Source of the DNA: Spirulina sp.
GTDB lineage: Bacteria > Cyanobacteriota > Cyanobacteriia > Phormidesmidales > Phormidesmidaceae
Assembly: GCA_044070495.1 (NCBI GenBank)
Contig: JBIPSI010000022.1
Coordinates: 1-64,000 of the forward strand
Direction of reading: 5' to 3'
DNA: 64,000 nt
Positions within the stretch are counted from its first letter, which is position 1. Every line of letters starts with the position of its first letter. A model generated the notes under the pieces. That model searched no databases, was not told the origin of the DNA, and worked only from the letters and a program-made list of their open reading frames with translations. The translations under genes were made by a program, and so were the position numbers. Positions 1 through 9,819 of the stretch are shown in pieces.

Positions 1-121
1 CACGGTTGACCCTGAACCTTGTTTTGCCTCTAAAAAGGCAGAAGCCCGATATTATGACCAAATCTGGTTCTCTAGGATCCAATCCATGCGCTGTCAGCTA
101 CCCCCTGTGGAGGCGGCATAA

Positions 122-140
122 AGATGTGTCAGGCAGTCAG
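122..140 (-). mobile_element. IS50/Tn5-like (IS4 family) terminal repeat; the element probably extends left out of the window
   Basis: Minus strand CTGACTGCCTGACACATCT: 18/19 identical to the MITE end at 56550-56568 and resembles Tn5 ends (CTG.CT.....ACACATCT). It supplies the TGA that stops the trypsin ORF. Confidence 0.65.
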
Positions 141-961
141 CGTTTGACCAGCCATTCCTGAATGCGGGAATCTTCGGCCTGAACAACAAAAGCCGCCGCT
201 CGTCTTTGCCCGGACGTGTTGGTCTTAAAAACATAGTATTGAGACTCGTAATTCAATGCCTCAAGGCATTTGACGATCTGCTTGGAGGATTGTCCATGGC
301 TTTGGAAATCCCGCTCAGCGAATGCTTTCGGCAACAAGTTTCTCCAAAGGGAACACCTTTGATGAAAAGCGGTTTGCAGATCAGAGACCTCGGGCAGCGC
401 TTTTAAGATTTCTGCGGTGGGTACGGCCCCTCCACCGAAGTTACCCGAAGGGTCTTGGGTAAATTTTATGATTCCGCACACATAGCCTGTATCCCGGTTA
501 AGGAGCGGAGAACCACTGCGTCCCGGCTTCACTCGAATCCAGTCAAACCCCAAAACTTCCGAGCCGTCCACGTCTTTTCCAAAACCCGAAAGGCGAGTAA
601 TGGCGGGAAAGCCACCTTGCTGGAAGTCTGTGGGAAAGCCATAGGTGGTTGCCTTTTGCCACGATTGAGCGGCTTGACCCAGGTAGACACAGGGCAAGTC
701 ATCTCTCCAGGGGGGAAATCTCAACAGCGCAACATCCGCTTGGGCAGGGGAGATTTTTTTGGCTACCGTTGCATCGTAAGTCTGCCCATCCCACTCGAAC
801 TGAACCGCGCTACCTTCCGGTAACAAGCTAACGACATGCGCACAGGTTAAGATAGCTCCCTCACCAATGAAAAAGCCAGTGCCCCAGTCACCAGGTACTA
901 CAACTTTGACCACGCAGCACCGCAGTAACTCGTCGAGGGTGGATGGTTGGATATACGCCAT
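137..961 (-). pseudogene. Trypsin-like serine protease fused to the start of an iSTAND-like domain, truncated
   Basis: GTGFF, TCAHVV, DVALL, GRSGSPL trypsin motifs. C-terminal LNYESQ..F...AAAFVVQ....QEWLVKR resembles the start of cyanobacterial iSTAND domains and stops abruptly at the IS end. Confidence 0.7.
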
Positions 962-970
962 AGCTTGCTA

Positions 971-1393
971 CTAGCGCTGGCTTAAGTCATCAATTTCCGG
1001 TACTGCCGAGTTATCAACCTTAACATCGGGCAGATGCTGGATGTCATCTTTGGTCCATTCCATCGTAATTTCTAGGTTCGTCTTGCCAACCCCCCGCACA
1101 ATCGCGGCAACCAGGCTACCCTGCTCAATGCCAATTTCCAAGCCCAGCTTTACGGTAGCCTTGTTTGGTTGCACAGCCTTCAGGGGGCCTGTCACGAGTT
1201 TGACTATGCCATTGATAGACTTACTGAGGCTTTCGGCATCGCGCAACCCGCCCCCAGCTACATCCTGTCGCCCTTTCACCGTCGGGACTTCTACCAAAAA
1301 AGTCGAGCCATCGTCTAGCTTCACGGGTAGCATCTGGGTTGTTTGCCCCTCTACAGATGTGGAGGAAGCCTCAGAACGATCAAAGCTGGTCAT
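971..1393 (-). CDS. Trypsin-co-occurring (Trypco1 / CU044_2847-like) protein
   Basis: LPVKLDDGSTFLVEV...P.KATVKLGLEIGIEQGSLVAAIVRG.GKTNLEITMEW pattern; 9 bp upstream of the trypsin gene. Confidence 0.75.
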   Translation of the reverse strand: MTSFDRSEASSTSVEGQTTQMLPVKLDDGSTFLVEVPTVKGRQDVAGGGLRDAESLSKSINGIVKLVTGPLKAVQPNKATVKLGLEIGIEQGSLVAAIVRGVGKTNLEITMEWTKDDIQHLPDVKVDNSAVPEIDDLSQR

Positions 1394-1450
1394 AGACAAT
1401 CCTCAGTCAGTCAAAAAACATACAAGGCTACCTTACTTTAGCGATATCGC

Positions 1451-1599
1451 TATAGCCAATTTCATGGGGACATTCCGTTTACCCTGAGCGAGCCGTTCGT
1501 GGCGCGTCCCAAAGGGGAAAGGGCATAACGTTTGATGATATCTGAGGGATGGGCTTCGACCGGCTCAGCCCGAACGTATCTTAATTAAGAGAGCTACAG
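1451..1599. repeat. Degenerate intergenic REP/MITE-like element
   Basis: CCCTGAGCGAGCCG...AAGGGC and GCTTCGACCGGCTCAGCCCG form an inverted pair; a related half copy CTTCGACAGGCTCAGGGC lies near 42885. Confidence 0.4.
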
Positions 1600-1721
1600 C
1601 TACATGTTGCTAGGCAATCAGGACTCCAGGATCGCTGGGTAGTGAGGGGCGCAGGCATTAGGGGATACGTATCGAAATCGTGACCTTGCCCCCAGCCAGC
1701 CCCGGCCCCAGTCAAGGTTTT

Positions 1722-1991
1722 CTATTGGGCGAGCGACAACCGAATCACTAGCCCTACCAGGGCAATGGCCGCACTAATCGACAGCGCCGCCGAAATACCA
1801 CCCACCCACTTGATCACATCCCACGTCCGGTCTTCCCACTTGCGGCCACGGTCTTGTTCGGCCCTCATCTGGTCTTGCTCGGCTCTCATTTGGCCTTGCT
1901 CGGCTCTCATTTGGCCCAGTTCATCAACCAGCTTCTCTAGGGTGGCTTCTATTCGGTCTAGGCGGTCGTTGCTCTCACTAGTGGTGGTCAT
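1722..1991 (-). CDS. Small coiled-coil protein with a C-terminal transmembrane helix
   Basis: DRLDRIEATLEKL, heptad repeats QMRAEQ(G/D) x3, hydrophobic C-terminus. Confidence 0.7.
   Translation of the reverse strand: MTTTSESNDRLDRIEATLEKLVDELGQMRAEQGQMRAEQDQMRAEQDRGRKWEDRTWDVIKWVGGISAALSISAAIALVGLVIRLSLAQ
1850..1912. repeat. 21-bp tandem repeat x3 (coding heptads)
   Basis: ggtcttgttcggccctcatct / ggtcttgctcggctctcattt / ggccttgctcggctctcattt. Confidence 0.9.
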
Positions 1992-2088
1992 GGTGGCAGG
2001 GGGTGGCAACTGCTTCTATTATTAGCGAAAACAAACTCGATCATTGGTAGTGGACTCTGGGGAAATGTTTGGGGGATGAGGTCTGGGA

Positions 2089-3027
2089 TTAGCCCCCTAG
2101 GAGATTTGGGAGGAGAGCAGCCAGGGCAACGCGATGGCTGAGGAGAATTTCGCCTAGGACGAAGGTGCCCACTACTACGAATAAAATTCCCATGCTGCGT
2201 TCTAGGACTTGGGGCGATAGGCGGCTGGCGACCATGGATCCAAACTGTGCGCCAATTAGCACACCGGGCACGGTAAATATCACTAAGCTGAGGACGGTGG
2301 AGAGGGCGTCGCCCCCGGTTTGCACAAACTGCACCCCATGGCCAATGGAGGCGGTGAGGGCGGTAATGGCGACGACAAAGACACTGGTAGCCACGGCGAC
2401 CTTGCTGGGTACCCGGCAGCGCTGGATCAGAAAGTAGCCGTTCATTTCCCCTAGCCCGGTGGAGACCATGCCTAAGAAGAGGGCTCCAACCCCGGCCAGC
2501 AAGCGTCCTTCGGTGGGGTGGGCGATGCTGTAGCAGAGGGTTTCGCCAGCGGCAGAGGTGATGCAGGTTTGGGGCAGATGGTCGGGATGGGCCTGGAGAT
2601 CGGCCTGGAGGTCTGATTGAATCTCGGCATCGAGTTGGGCGAGATCCTCGGATTCGGAGGCTTGCAAAAAGCTGATGGCGATGGCCAGCAACCCTAGGCC
2701 CAAGATTCCCTTCAGCACCTCGCTGGGGATGCCCTGGGCTACCCAAGTCCCCACGAGGGCTAGGGGCACCGTCACCAGCAGTAGCCGCTGGCCGAGGCTG
2801 TAGTCGATCAAGCCCTTGCGCACGTAGGCATACAGCCCGCTAGAAAAGCCGAAGGTTTCGGTGATTAGCCCTGTTCCCACCGCCACCTCCGTGGGCAACC
2901 CCAGCCCTAAAATAAATAATGGTGTAAAGAAGGTGGCCCCTTCCACCCCCGATGCCATGGCAATGGTGGCAATCCCAATGGCGATGGGAAAGGTAAACCA
3001 GTAGTCCAAACTGATAGAAAGTTCCAT
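2089..3027 (-). CDS. TauE/SafE (TSUP) family sulfite exporter-like membrane protein
   Basis: AMASGVEGATFFTP, AVGTGLITE, GMVSTGLGE, AVATSVF, GAQFGS motifs; multiple TM helices; start set at MELSI. Confidence 0.85.
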   Translation of the reverse strand: MELSISLDYWFTFPIAIGIATIAMASGVEGATFFTPLFILGLGLPTEVAVGTGLITETFGFSSGLYAYVRKGLIDYSLGQRLLLVTVPLALVGTWVAQGIPSEVLKGILGLGLLAIAISFLQASESEDLAQLDAEIQSDLQADLQAHPDHLPQTCITSAAGETLCYSIAHPTEGRLLAGVGALFLGMVSTGLGEMNGYFLIQRCRVPSKVAVATSVFVVAITALTASIGHGVQFVQTGGDALSTVLSLVIFTVPGVLIGAQFGSMVASRLSPQVLERSMGILFVVVGTFVLGEILLSHRVALAALLPNLLGG

Positions 3028-3186
3028 CGGCAACGGAGGCGGCAGAAAACGGGATGGGTGACAGCGCAAACATGGTGCCAGCCCCTACCGTACCATTCAG
3101 GGCAGCCTACACCGATTTAACTCGGAATCGACTACCCTGATCGGTAGGCTCGCCTTGTACACTAAAACTGCTGCATTAAAACTGCT

Positions 3187-4071
3187 GTGCTAAAACGGAT
3201 TTCTCTGATCGCTGCCCTTGCCCTGAGTAGCGTTGTCACTACCCCCAAACTGGCTCAGGCCCAGGCGTTGACCCCCTACGTCTTGCCCCTAGACTATGAA
3301 TTGATGACCGAGCAGGGGCGCTACCTTGCCAGCGAGGCCCAGCAACTGGCGGAATATCGGCAATTTGACCGAGCGCTGACCCTGGCCCAACTGGCGGCCC
3401 AACTTGCGCCAAACGATGCCCAGGTGCTGGCCTTGTTGGGGGGGCTATACCTTCAGGCTGGGGAAACGGATCAGGCGCTAACGCTGCTGACACGGGCCAA
3501 TTCCCTCTCCCCGGAGGAACCGCGCATTCTGTTCGCCCTGGGGTCGGCCTACCTGCAAGAGCAGGACTACCTTCAGGCCACCACTTACCTAGAGCGGGGG
3601 CTACGTCGCGAACCCGCCAACGCCAACGCCCTGTTTGATCTGGGCAACGCCTACCTGCTGCTTCAGCGCTACGACGACGCCATTGCCCGCTATACGGATT
3701 CGGTGCAGGCCCAGGAGGATTTCTGGCCCTCGGTGAACAACATTGGCCTGGTGTTGTACGAGCAGGGGCAGGCTGACCAGGCGGTGGCCAAGTGGGAGGA
3801 AGCCCTATCTCTGGCGGGGGGCGAAGAACCCGAACCGAAGCTCGCCATTGCCGCCGTTCGCTATGCCCAGGGCAACTGTCGAGCGGTGTCCAATGCGGGC
3901 AGTAGCCTTTGTCAGCAGGCGCTATCCATGGGGATGACCGCCCTAGAGCAGGACAGTCGCTACGCCAATGAGGATTTTCTGCGCCAAAACTTGTGGGGTA
4001 ATCGGCTGATGGAAACCACGCAGCAATTTTTCAGTGTGCCAGCGGTGCGTAGCTTAATTGCAGAACTCTAG
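3187..4071 (+). CDS. Exported TPR-repeat protein
   Basis: Signal peptide ending AQA, followed by several TPR repeats (LGGLYL, LGSAYL, LGNAYL, NNIGLVLYE). Confidence 0.85.
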   Translation: MLKRISLIAALALSSVVTTPKLAQAQALTPYVLPLDYELMTEQGRYLASEAQQLAEYRQFDRALTLAQLAAQLAPNDAQVLALLGGLYLQAGETDQALTLLTRANSLSPEEPRILFALGSAYLQEQDYLQATTYLERGLRREPANANALFDLGNAYLLLQRYDDAIARYTDSVQAQEDFWPSVNNIGLVLYEQGQADQAVAKWEEALSLAGGEEPEPKLAIAAVRYAQGNCRAVSNAGSSLCQQALSMGMTALEQDSRYANEDFLRQNLWGNRLMETTQQFFSVPAVRSLIAEL

Positions 4072-4297
4072 GGCTTGCGGAGACCTATCCCTAGGCCATA
4101 GTCCAACCTCGGAACCGGTTTTGACGCTGGATCCTGGTATCGGTTGGCAACCTTTGGCAAGGCTGGGGCGTCAGTCAAATCCAGGCCGGAATGTGCGCCG
4201 GATTTAGCCAGCGGTGGTAAGGTTGAAAACGTCTTGCTTCGCTGGGTAATTCTACCTGGCGTGCCCCGTTTCGGCAGTTGTTTACCCTCCTCTGGCC

Positions 4298-5455
4298 ATG
4301 ACGCAGCCCCATCAGCGCCCGGTTTCTGGGCTTCTGTGGAATCGGTTTTTGACTCTGTTTAAGTTCAGCTTGGGGCTGTCGCTGTGGTGGCTGGTGGCGT
4401 TGCCGGTGCAGGCGGCGGTGGAAATGCGGGTGGCCGTGACCGAGGGGCAGGCTAGGGTGGCGGTGGGCAGTTCCACCCCGGCCCTCGTTAAAACCATGGC
4501 GGGGCAAAGTGTAGGGCAAATTCCCCAGGGGCAGGCGGTGATGGTGACCACCGAAGGCGGTGCCCTGAAGCTGGCAGACTGGCGCGACCAAGCCTTCTGG
4601 GTAGAACCCACCAGCGACGGCTATATCTTTATTGACGATGCCTGGTACCGGGGGCGGGTGTTGGTGATGCCCAGCGGCGGCAAGGTGACCGCCGTGAACT
4701 GGGTGGATTTGGAAGAATATCTCTACAGCGTGCTCGGGGCGGAAATGCCCGCTAGTTGGCCCCAGGAAGCCCTCAAGGCTCAGGCGGTCGCGGCCCGTTC
4801 CTACGCCCTCAACCGCCGAGATCGCAGCTTGGCGGAATCCTTTGATGTGGGCACCACCACCGCCCACCAGGTCTACAAAGGTTTGGCCAGCGAAGCCCCC
4901 TCCACCGTGGCCGCCGTCAATGCCACCCGGGGGCAGGTGCTCACCCACAGCGGGCGGGTGATTGAGGCGGTGTTCCACTCGTCTTCTGGGGGCCAAACCG
5001 AAAATGTGGAAGACATCTGGCAACAGCCCCTTCCCTACCTGCGCAGCGTGCCCGATTTTGATCAAGATGCTCCGGTCTTTCGTTGGTCAGAAACCTTTAG
5101 CGCTAGCCAGTTTCAGCAGCGGATAACGGGGATTGGTCGGCTCCAGGCGGTAGCCACGGAACGGCTGACGCCCCGAGGGCGAGTAGTGTCCATCCGGCTC
5201 CAGGGCACCCAGGGTACCCGCACCCTCACCGGAACCCAACTTCGCCAGGCCCTTGGTCTCCGCAGCACCCTGTTTTCCGTCACCATCCAGGGCGACACCA
5301 TTCGCATTGATGGGCGCGGCTTTGGCCATGGCTTGGGCATGAGCCAGTGGGGCGCAAGGGGGCTGGCCCTCCAGGGCTATACCTACCCACAAATTTTGGC
5401 CCACTACTACCAGGGCACCGTTCTATCGCTCATTCAGGTGGCCCAGGGGCTATAA
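4298..5455 (+). CDS. SpoIID/LytB domain protein
   Basis: VDLEEYLYSVLGAEMPASWPQEALKAQAVAARSYA, GFGHGLGMSQWGA, ILAHYY. Confidence 0.92.
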   Translation: MTQPHQRPVSGLLWNRFLTLFKFSLGLSLWWLVALPVQAAVEMRVAVTEGQARVAVGSSTPALVKTMAGQSVGQIPQGQAVMVTTEGGALKLADWRDQAFWVEPTSDGYIFIDDAWYRGRVLVMPSGGKVTAVNWVDLEEYLYSVLGAEMPASWPQEALKAQAVAARSYALNRRDRSLAESFDVGTTTAHQVYKGLASEAPSTVAAVNATRGQVLTHSGRVIEAVFHSSSGGQTENVEDIWQQPLPYLRSVPDFDQDAPVFRWSETFSASQFQQRITGIGRLQAVATERLTPRGRVVSIRLQGTQGTRTLTGTQLRQALGLRSTLFSVTIQGDTIRIDGRGFGHGLGMSQWGARGLALQGYTYPQILAHYYQGTVLSLIQVAQGL

Positions 5456-5697
5456 CCGTCCTCCAGACGTCGCTCTTGTGAAGGCAGACTCATCGAGGAT
5501 ATGGGTAGTCAGGAGGAGGGGAAAATCCATTCAAGGCAAAGCCCCTCTTCCACTTGGAAGAGGGGCTTCGGGTATCGCTGCATTTCCACAGGGTGGGTAA
5601 CGCTAAGGGGATAGACCGTTTGCCAACCCCATCAATGGGTGCGTCACCCCCACAACAGATCTCGGTGAGCCTAGGGCATCGGTGCAGGATGGAGCGC

Positions 5698-5762
5698 AAC
5701 CCGGTTTCTTCGTCGGTGCACCGAGGGGAGTTGACTTTTCCAAACGTAGAAATCGGGTTTCT
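5698..5762. repeat. Intergenic inverted-repeat element (AACCCGGTTTCT...AGAAATCGGGTTT)
   Basis: Inverted arms between convergent genes; a second copy is at 48419-48480. Confidence 0.65.
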
Positions 5763-5773
5763 ATACCGGTCTT

Positions 5774-6499
5774 CTAGTCGCGGTTGATGGCGATCAGCAG
5801 ACGCAGGATGAAGATGAACAGGTTGATGTAGGTGAGGTACATCGACAGGGCTGCCGAGAGGTATTGCTCATCTTTGTAGGTGCGGGGCAGGATGAAGAAA
5901 TCCACCACGGAAGCGCCCACAAACACCAACACCCCAAAGGCGGAGATGGCGATATCCAAAAACTGGGGTACGCCGCCACCGAAGAGGGCAAAGAGAAACT
6001 GACCCACCACGGCAATCAGCACGGCGACCACGCCCATGCCAATGGTGCGGGTGAGGGCAAAGCCGTCTTCCTCGGAGAGGTTGGAGCCAATTTGCCGGGC
6101 GGCGATGAACACCACTCCACAGGCCAAGGCGGCGGAACCAATGCCCATAATGCCCACGCCAGCGGTGCCCAGGGCGACGTAGATGAGGCCGCTGAGGGTG
6201 TAGCCCGTCAACAGGCTATAGGTGGCCAGGAGGGGCAGGGCGGTGCTGTTTTTTTCCTGGTTGGCAATGCCGCTGGCCACGAAGAACAGCGCGATTTGGG
6301 CCACCAAGGCCACCCAGAAGGTGGGCATGAAAATGGCGGGGTTGCTGGCCATCACACTGAGGCCACCAAAGGAACCCAGGGCCGTTAGAACCAGGCCACC
6401 ACCGACAAAGGGTAGGGCGTTTTTGATAACGTTGGGGCCAATGAGGGATTGACCTTTCGCCTTTTGAATGGCTTCACGGAAATTGCTGGTGTTACTCAA
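5774..6499 (-). CDS. Bax inhibitor-1/YccA family membrane protein
   Basis: Seven TM segments ending ALSMYLTYINLFIFILRLL; probable TTG start (MSNTSNF) behind GAGGA. Confidence 0.88.
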   Translation of the reverse strand: MSNTSNFREAIQKAKGQSLIGPNVIKNALPFVGGGLVLTALGSFGGLSVMASNPAIFMPTFWVALVAQIALFFVASGIANQEKNSTALPLLATYSLLTGYTLSGLIYVALGTAGVGIMGIGSAALACGVVFIAARQIGSNLSEEDGFALTRTIGMGVVAVLIAVVGQFLFALFGGGVPQFLDIAISAFGVLVFVGASVVDFFILPRTYKDEQYLSAALSMYLTYINLFIFILRLLIAINRD

Positions 6500-6825
6500 A
6501 GCCGTATCCTCGTACGTCACGATAAGTGGGTTAACCTTGTCCAAAATCAATCGGTGCATCAAGCTGGGCCTAGCGACCCTTGCCGTTTTGATCTGGGACA
6601 GTGAAAGAAGGTTCAAGATTTCGAGAATGCCGTCCTAGGGGGCACCTCTCGGCTCGAACCGGAGTCATATTGGGTATGGCTACTTAGATTCTAGTCAACT
6701 TTGCCGGGAAAGGCGGCTCGCCCTGGGTGGGGGAATCCCCCATGGTTTTCGTGGGTTGCCATTGAGTCTGCATCACCTAAATCTACGTGTCAGGAGTACC
6801 GCAGGAGCACCGGAGGAGGATCGCT

Positions 6826-7308
6826 ATGGACTATCGCCTAGGTCTACCCAGTTTGAGCCTCGTGGCCAGCCTGGGGTTGCTGCCTGTCATCCCATCGGCC
6901 CCGGTATCTCAGGCTAGCCTATCCCAGCCTATTCAACCCCTGGCCAACCGGGTCATCATCATTCACCGCCCGTCCCCCTGGCCCCATCCTTGGCCCTATC
7001 CCCATCCGGTTCCCGTTCCCGCAGAGCAGCGGGTGCGGGTGGAGTTTGACGCCCTAGGCACCGACTGGGGGGCCGTTTACCTGGATGGTCGGCTGATTTA
7101 CCGACCCCACAACTTCAACCGCCAGCACACCGTTCACCTGCGGCCTGGGGGCTATCGGCTAGAGGTAACTGGGGTGGTGCAGTCCGACCTTTGGGCCAGC
7201 GGCTATTTGGACATTGGCCGAGATGACTCCAACATTGTGGTGATTCGGTTCTCCAGAACAGGCGGGGTGTCGGTGTCGGGCAGTCCCTACGTTTGGATTC
7301 CTGACTAG
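6826..7308 (+). CDS. Hypothetical exported protein (Pro/His-rich linker, PEGA-like beta domain)
   Basis: GGAGG RBS, signal-like N-terminus, VYLDGR...HLRPGGYRLEV. Confidence 0.6.
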   Translation: MDYRLGLPSLSLVASLGLLPVIPSAPVSQASLSQPIQPLANRVIIIHRPSPWPHPWPYPHPVPVPAEQRVRVEFDALGTDWGAVYLDGRLIYRPHNFNRQHTVHLRPGGYRLEVTGVVQSDLWASGYLDIGRDDSNIVVIRFSRTGGVSVSGSPYVWIPD

Positions 7309-7322
7309 CGCTTTGGGGTTTC

Positions 7323-7465
7323 CGAACTGACTGATACAACGCTGAAAAGCCTTGACTTCTGGTAGGTTGGGTGGCGCGATAGCAGAACCCAACAAGTCCG
7401 AAATCCTCGGCGAGTGTTGGGTTCCGCTTCGCTGCACCCAACCTACTGGTGTGTCAGGTAATCAG
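7323..7465. mobile_element. MITE with IS50-like ends enclosing a REP doublet (inverted relative to the 56550 copy)
   Basis: Ends CGAACTGACTGATACAACG / TGTGTCAGGTAATCAG; internal GTAGGTTGGGT...CCCAACCTAC; GTTTC on both sides. Confidence 0.75.
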
Positions 7466-7479
7466 GTTTCTGCCCCACG

Positions 7480-7507
7480 AAAAAACCCGCCAACCGAGGC
7501 CAGCGGG
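7480..7507 (-). terminator. Putative intrinsic terminator of psaC
   Basis: CCCGC...GCGGG stem followed by a T-run on the minus strand. Confidence 0.5.
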
Positions 7508-7552
7508 GAAACGAGAATGCAGAAACTATGATGATGTGCAGCGGGAACAGCC

Positions 7553-7822
<270 letters not shown>

Positions 7823-8174
7823 TCACGACTACTGACTTTGACAGCCCTAAGGAGCCCCTTAAAAAGCGGTCAAAAGGGTCTATACAGTAAGGGTTTCCTA
7901 ATCATGAACCAGTCTATAGCGAGAGTTTTCAGCTCTTATCATTGGCCCTAGCAAACCTTAATGGATCGTAATAAAGTCCCCATAGACCGCCCTCTATCCA
8001 TCGCCCCAAACCCCCAGAACACCGTTTCCCTCGGATCCCTGCGTCCTTTTTAATCATTTTCTTAATAAAGTAATGTAAACCCATTCTCACCCCCGTACGG
8101 GCGCACCGCAGTGCACCAACCCCTCCCCTCATCACCTCTCTGCCAATAACCAACAACCAATAACCATTCCCCCC

Positions 8175-9035
8175 ATGCCCACCCCCCTCTCCGAACAAAT
8201 CCAATCCTTCTACGACGCATCCTCCGGCCTCTGGGAGCAAATCTGGGGCGAACACATGCACCACGGCTACTATGGCCCCATGGGCACGGTACGCAAGGAT
8301 CGCCGACAGGCCCAGATTGACCTGATCGACGAATGTTTGCGCTGGGCCAACGTCACCCAGGCGGTGGATATTCTGGACTGCGGCTGCGGCATTGGCGGCA
8401 GTGCCCTGGAGTTAGCGACTCGGTTCAACGCCAGGGTGACGGGGATTACCCTCAGCCCCGTGCAGGCCAAACGGGCCACGGAGCGGGCCGAAGCGGCGGG
8501 GTTGGCCGCAGACAGCGCCCCCTGCGCCCAGTTTCAGGTAGCCAATGCCCTGCAAACTCCCTTTGCCGACGAGAGTTTCGATTTCATTTGGTCGATGGAG
8601 AGCGGCGAACACATGCCCAACAAGGCGGGCTTTTTGCAGGAGTGCCACCGCTTACTAAAGCCGGGGGGTAAGCTGCTGATGGTGACCTGGTGCCACCGCC
8701 CCACCAATTCCCTAGCAGGGCCGCTGACCGCCGCCGAACGGGGCCAACTGGACTGGATTTATCGGGTCTATGGCCTGCCCTACGTGCTGTCGCTGCCGGA
8801 GTATGAAATCATTGCCGAAAATGTGGGTTTCCAGCAGGTGCAAACCGCCGACTGGTCTCAGGCGGTGGCCCCCTTTTGGGATGAGGTGATTGCCTCGGCC
8901 TTCAGTTGGGAAGCGGTGACGGGGCTGATCCAGGCGGGGCCAGAAACCATCCAGGGTGCCCTGGCCCTTTGGCCCATGCGGCAGGGGCTATACGGCGGGC
9001 TGATTCGCTACGGGCTGTTGCAGGCCATTCGTTAA
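8175..9035 (+). CDS. Gamma-tocopherol-type SAM methyltransferase (VTE4-like)
   Basis: FYDASSGLWEQIWGEHMHHGYY, ILDCGCGIGGS, WSMESGEHMP. Confidence 0.88.
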   Translation: MPTPLSEQIQSFYDASSGLWEQIWGEHMHHGYYGPMGTVRKDRRQAQIDLIDECLRWANVTQAVDILDCGCGIGGSALELATRFNARVTGITLSPVQAKRATERAEAAGLAADSAPCAQFQVANALQTPFADESFDFIWSMESGEHMPNKAGFLQECHRLLKPGGKLLMVTWCHRPTNSLAGPLTAAERGQLDWIYRVYGLPYVLSLPEYEIIAENVGFQQVQTADWSQAVAPFWDEVIASAFSWEAVTGLIQAGPETIQGALALWPMRQGLYGGLIRYGLLQAIR

Positions 9036-9066
9036 GGAGATTTCTGGAAAACGTTCTCCCTCTCAT

Positions 9067-9087
9067 GGTGAGCAGTGCCCACCCTAC
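9067..9087. repeat. GTAG-family REP (GGTGAGCAGTGCCCACCCTAC)
   Basis: Same family at 47466-47486 and 34627-34647, and degenerate at 32698-32718 and 34142-34162. Confidence 0.7.
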
Positions 9088-9183
9088 GGTGGCTATAGTC
9101 CCCGCCTAAAGCAGGGATCTTCTTGCCTAGAAATCTCCTAATATGTACAGATAGTATGTACAGATGTGCATACTAGAATTGAG

Positions 9184-9450
9184 ATGGTTTATCAATGGGA
9201 TTCAGCCAAAGCCGCCGCCAACTTGCGTAAGCACGGGGTTGACTTTGCTGATGCTGTCTCTGTTTTTTCGGATGATCTAGCCATCACAATTCCAGACGAA
9301 CGCTTTGACGAAGATCGTTTTGTCACGATGGGGCTTGATGCCCTGGGAAGAGTCTTGGTGGTGGTCTACACGTTACGTGGCAACGCTATTCGAGTCATCT
9401 CCGCCCGCAAGGCAACGCGACCAGAACGCCGACAATACGAAGAGGGCTAA
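9184..9450 (+). CDS. brnT: BrnT family toxin
   Basis: WDSAKAAANLRKHGVDF...EDRF..G...IRVISARKAT. Confidence 0.92.
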   Translation: MVYQWDSAKAAANLRKHGVDFADAVSVFSDDLAITIPDERFDEDRFVTMGLDALGRVLVVVYTLRGNAIRVISARKATRPERRQYEEG

Positions 9451-9452
9451 CC

Positions 9453-9710
9453 ATGGCAACAGAATATGATTTCAGCCAAGGCCAGCGAGGCGCGATTGAC
9501 CCGGCACCCTCCGGCAAAACCCGCATCACCATTCGCCTAGATGATGACATCTTGACCTGGTTTCGGGATCAAGTGCATCGGGCGGGTGGCGGCAACTACC
9601 AGACCTTAATCAATGAAGCCCTCCGTCAGCATATTCAGGCAAACCGTGAACCCCTGGAAGCAACCCTGCGAAAAGTGATTCGTGAAGAGCTTGAACGCAT
9701 TGAGCGATAA
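9453..9710 (+). CDS. brnA: BrnA family antitoxin
   Basis: EYDFS, KTRITIRLDDDILTWFR, GNYQTLINEALR; directly after brnT. Confidence 0.92.
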   Translation: MATEYDFSQGQRGAIDPAPSGKTRITIRLDDDILTWFRDQVHRAGGGNYQTLINEALRQHIQANREPLEATLRKVIREELERIER

Positions 9711-9819
9711 AACCCTTCGTAGAGTTGAGCCAAGAGTATTCAGCGAATTTGCCCCAACGGCTGATGGATGGACTGTATCTCGGTTAACCGCTACCTAGGG
9801 CGACCGTGATCCAGGAAGG

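Noticed and set aside
7115..7441. ORFs starting MGAAKRNPTL (also 50388-50600, 61545-61745)
   Set aside because: Translations of the MITE/REP sequence, not genes
8143..8166. CCAATAA/CCAACAA heptamer run
   Set aside because: Ordinary short cyanobacterial tandem repeat with few units
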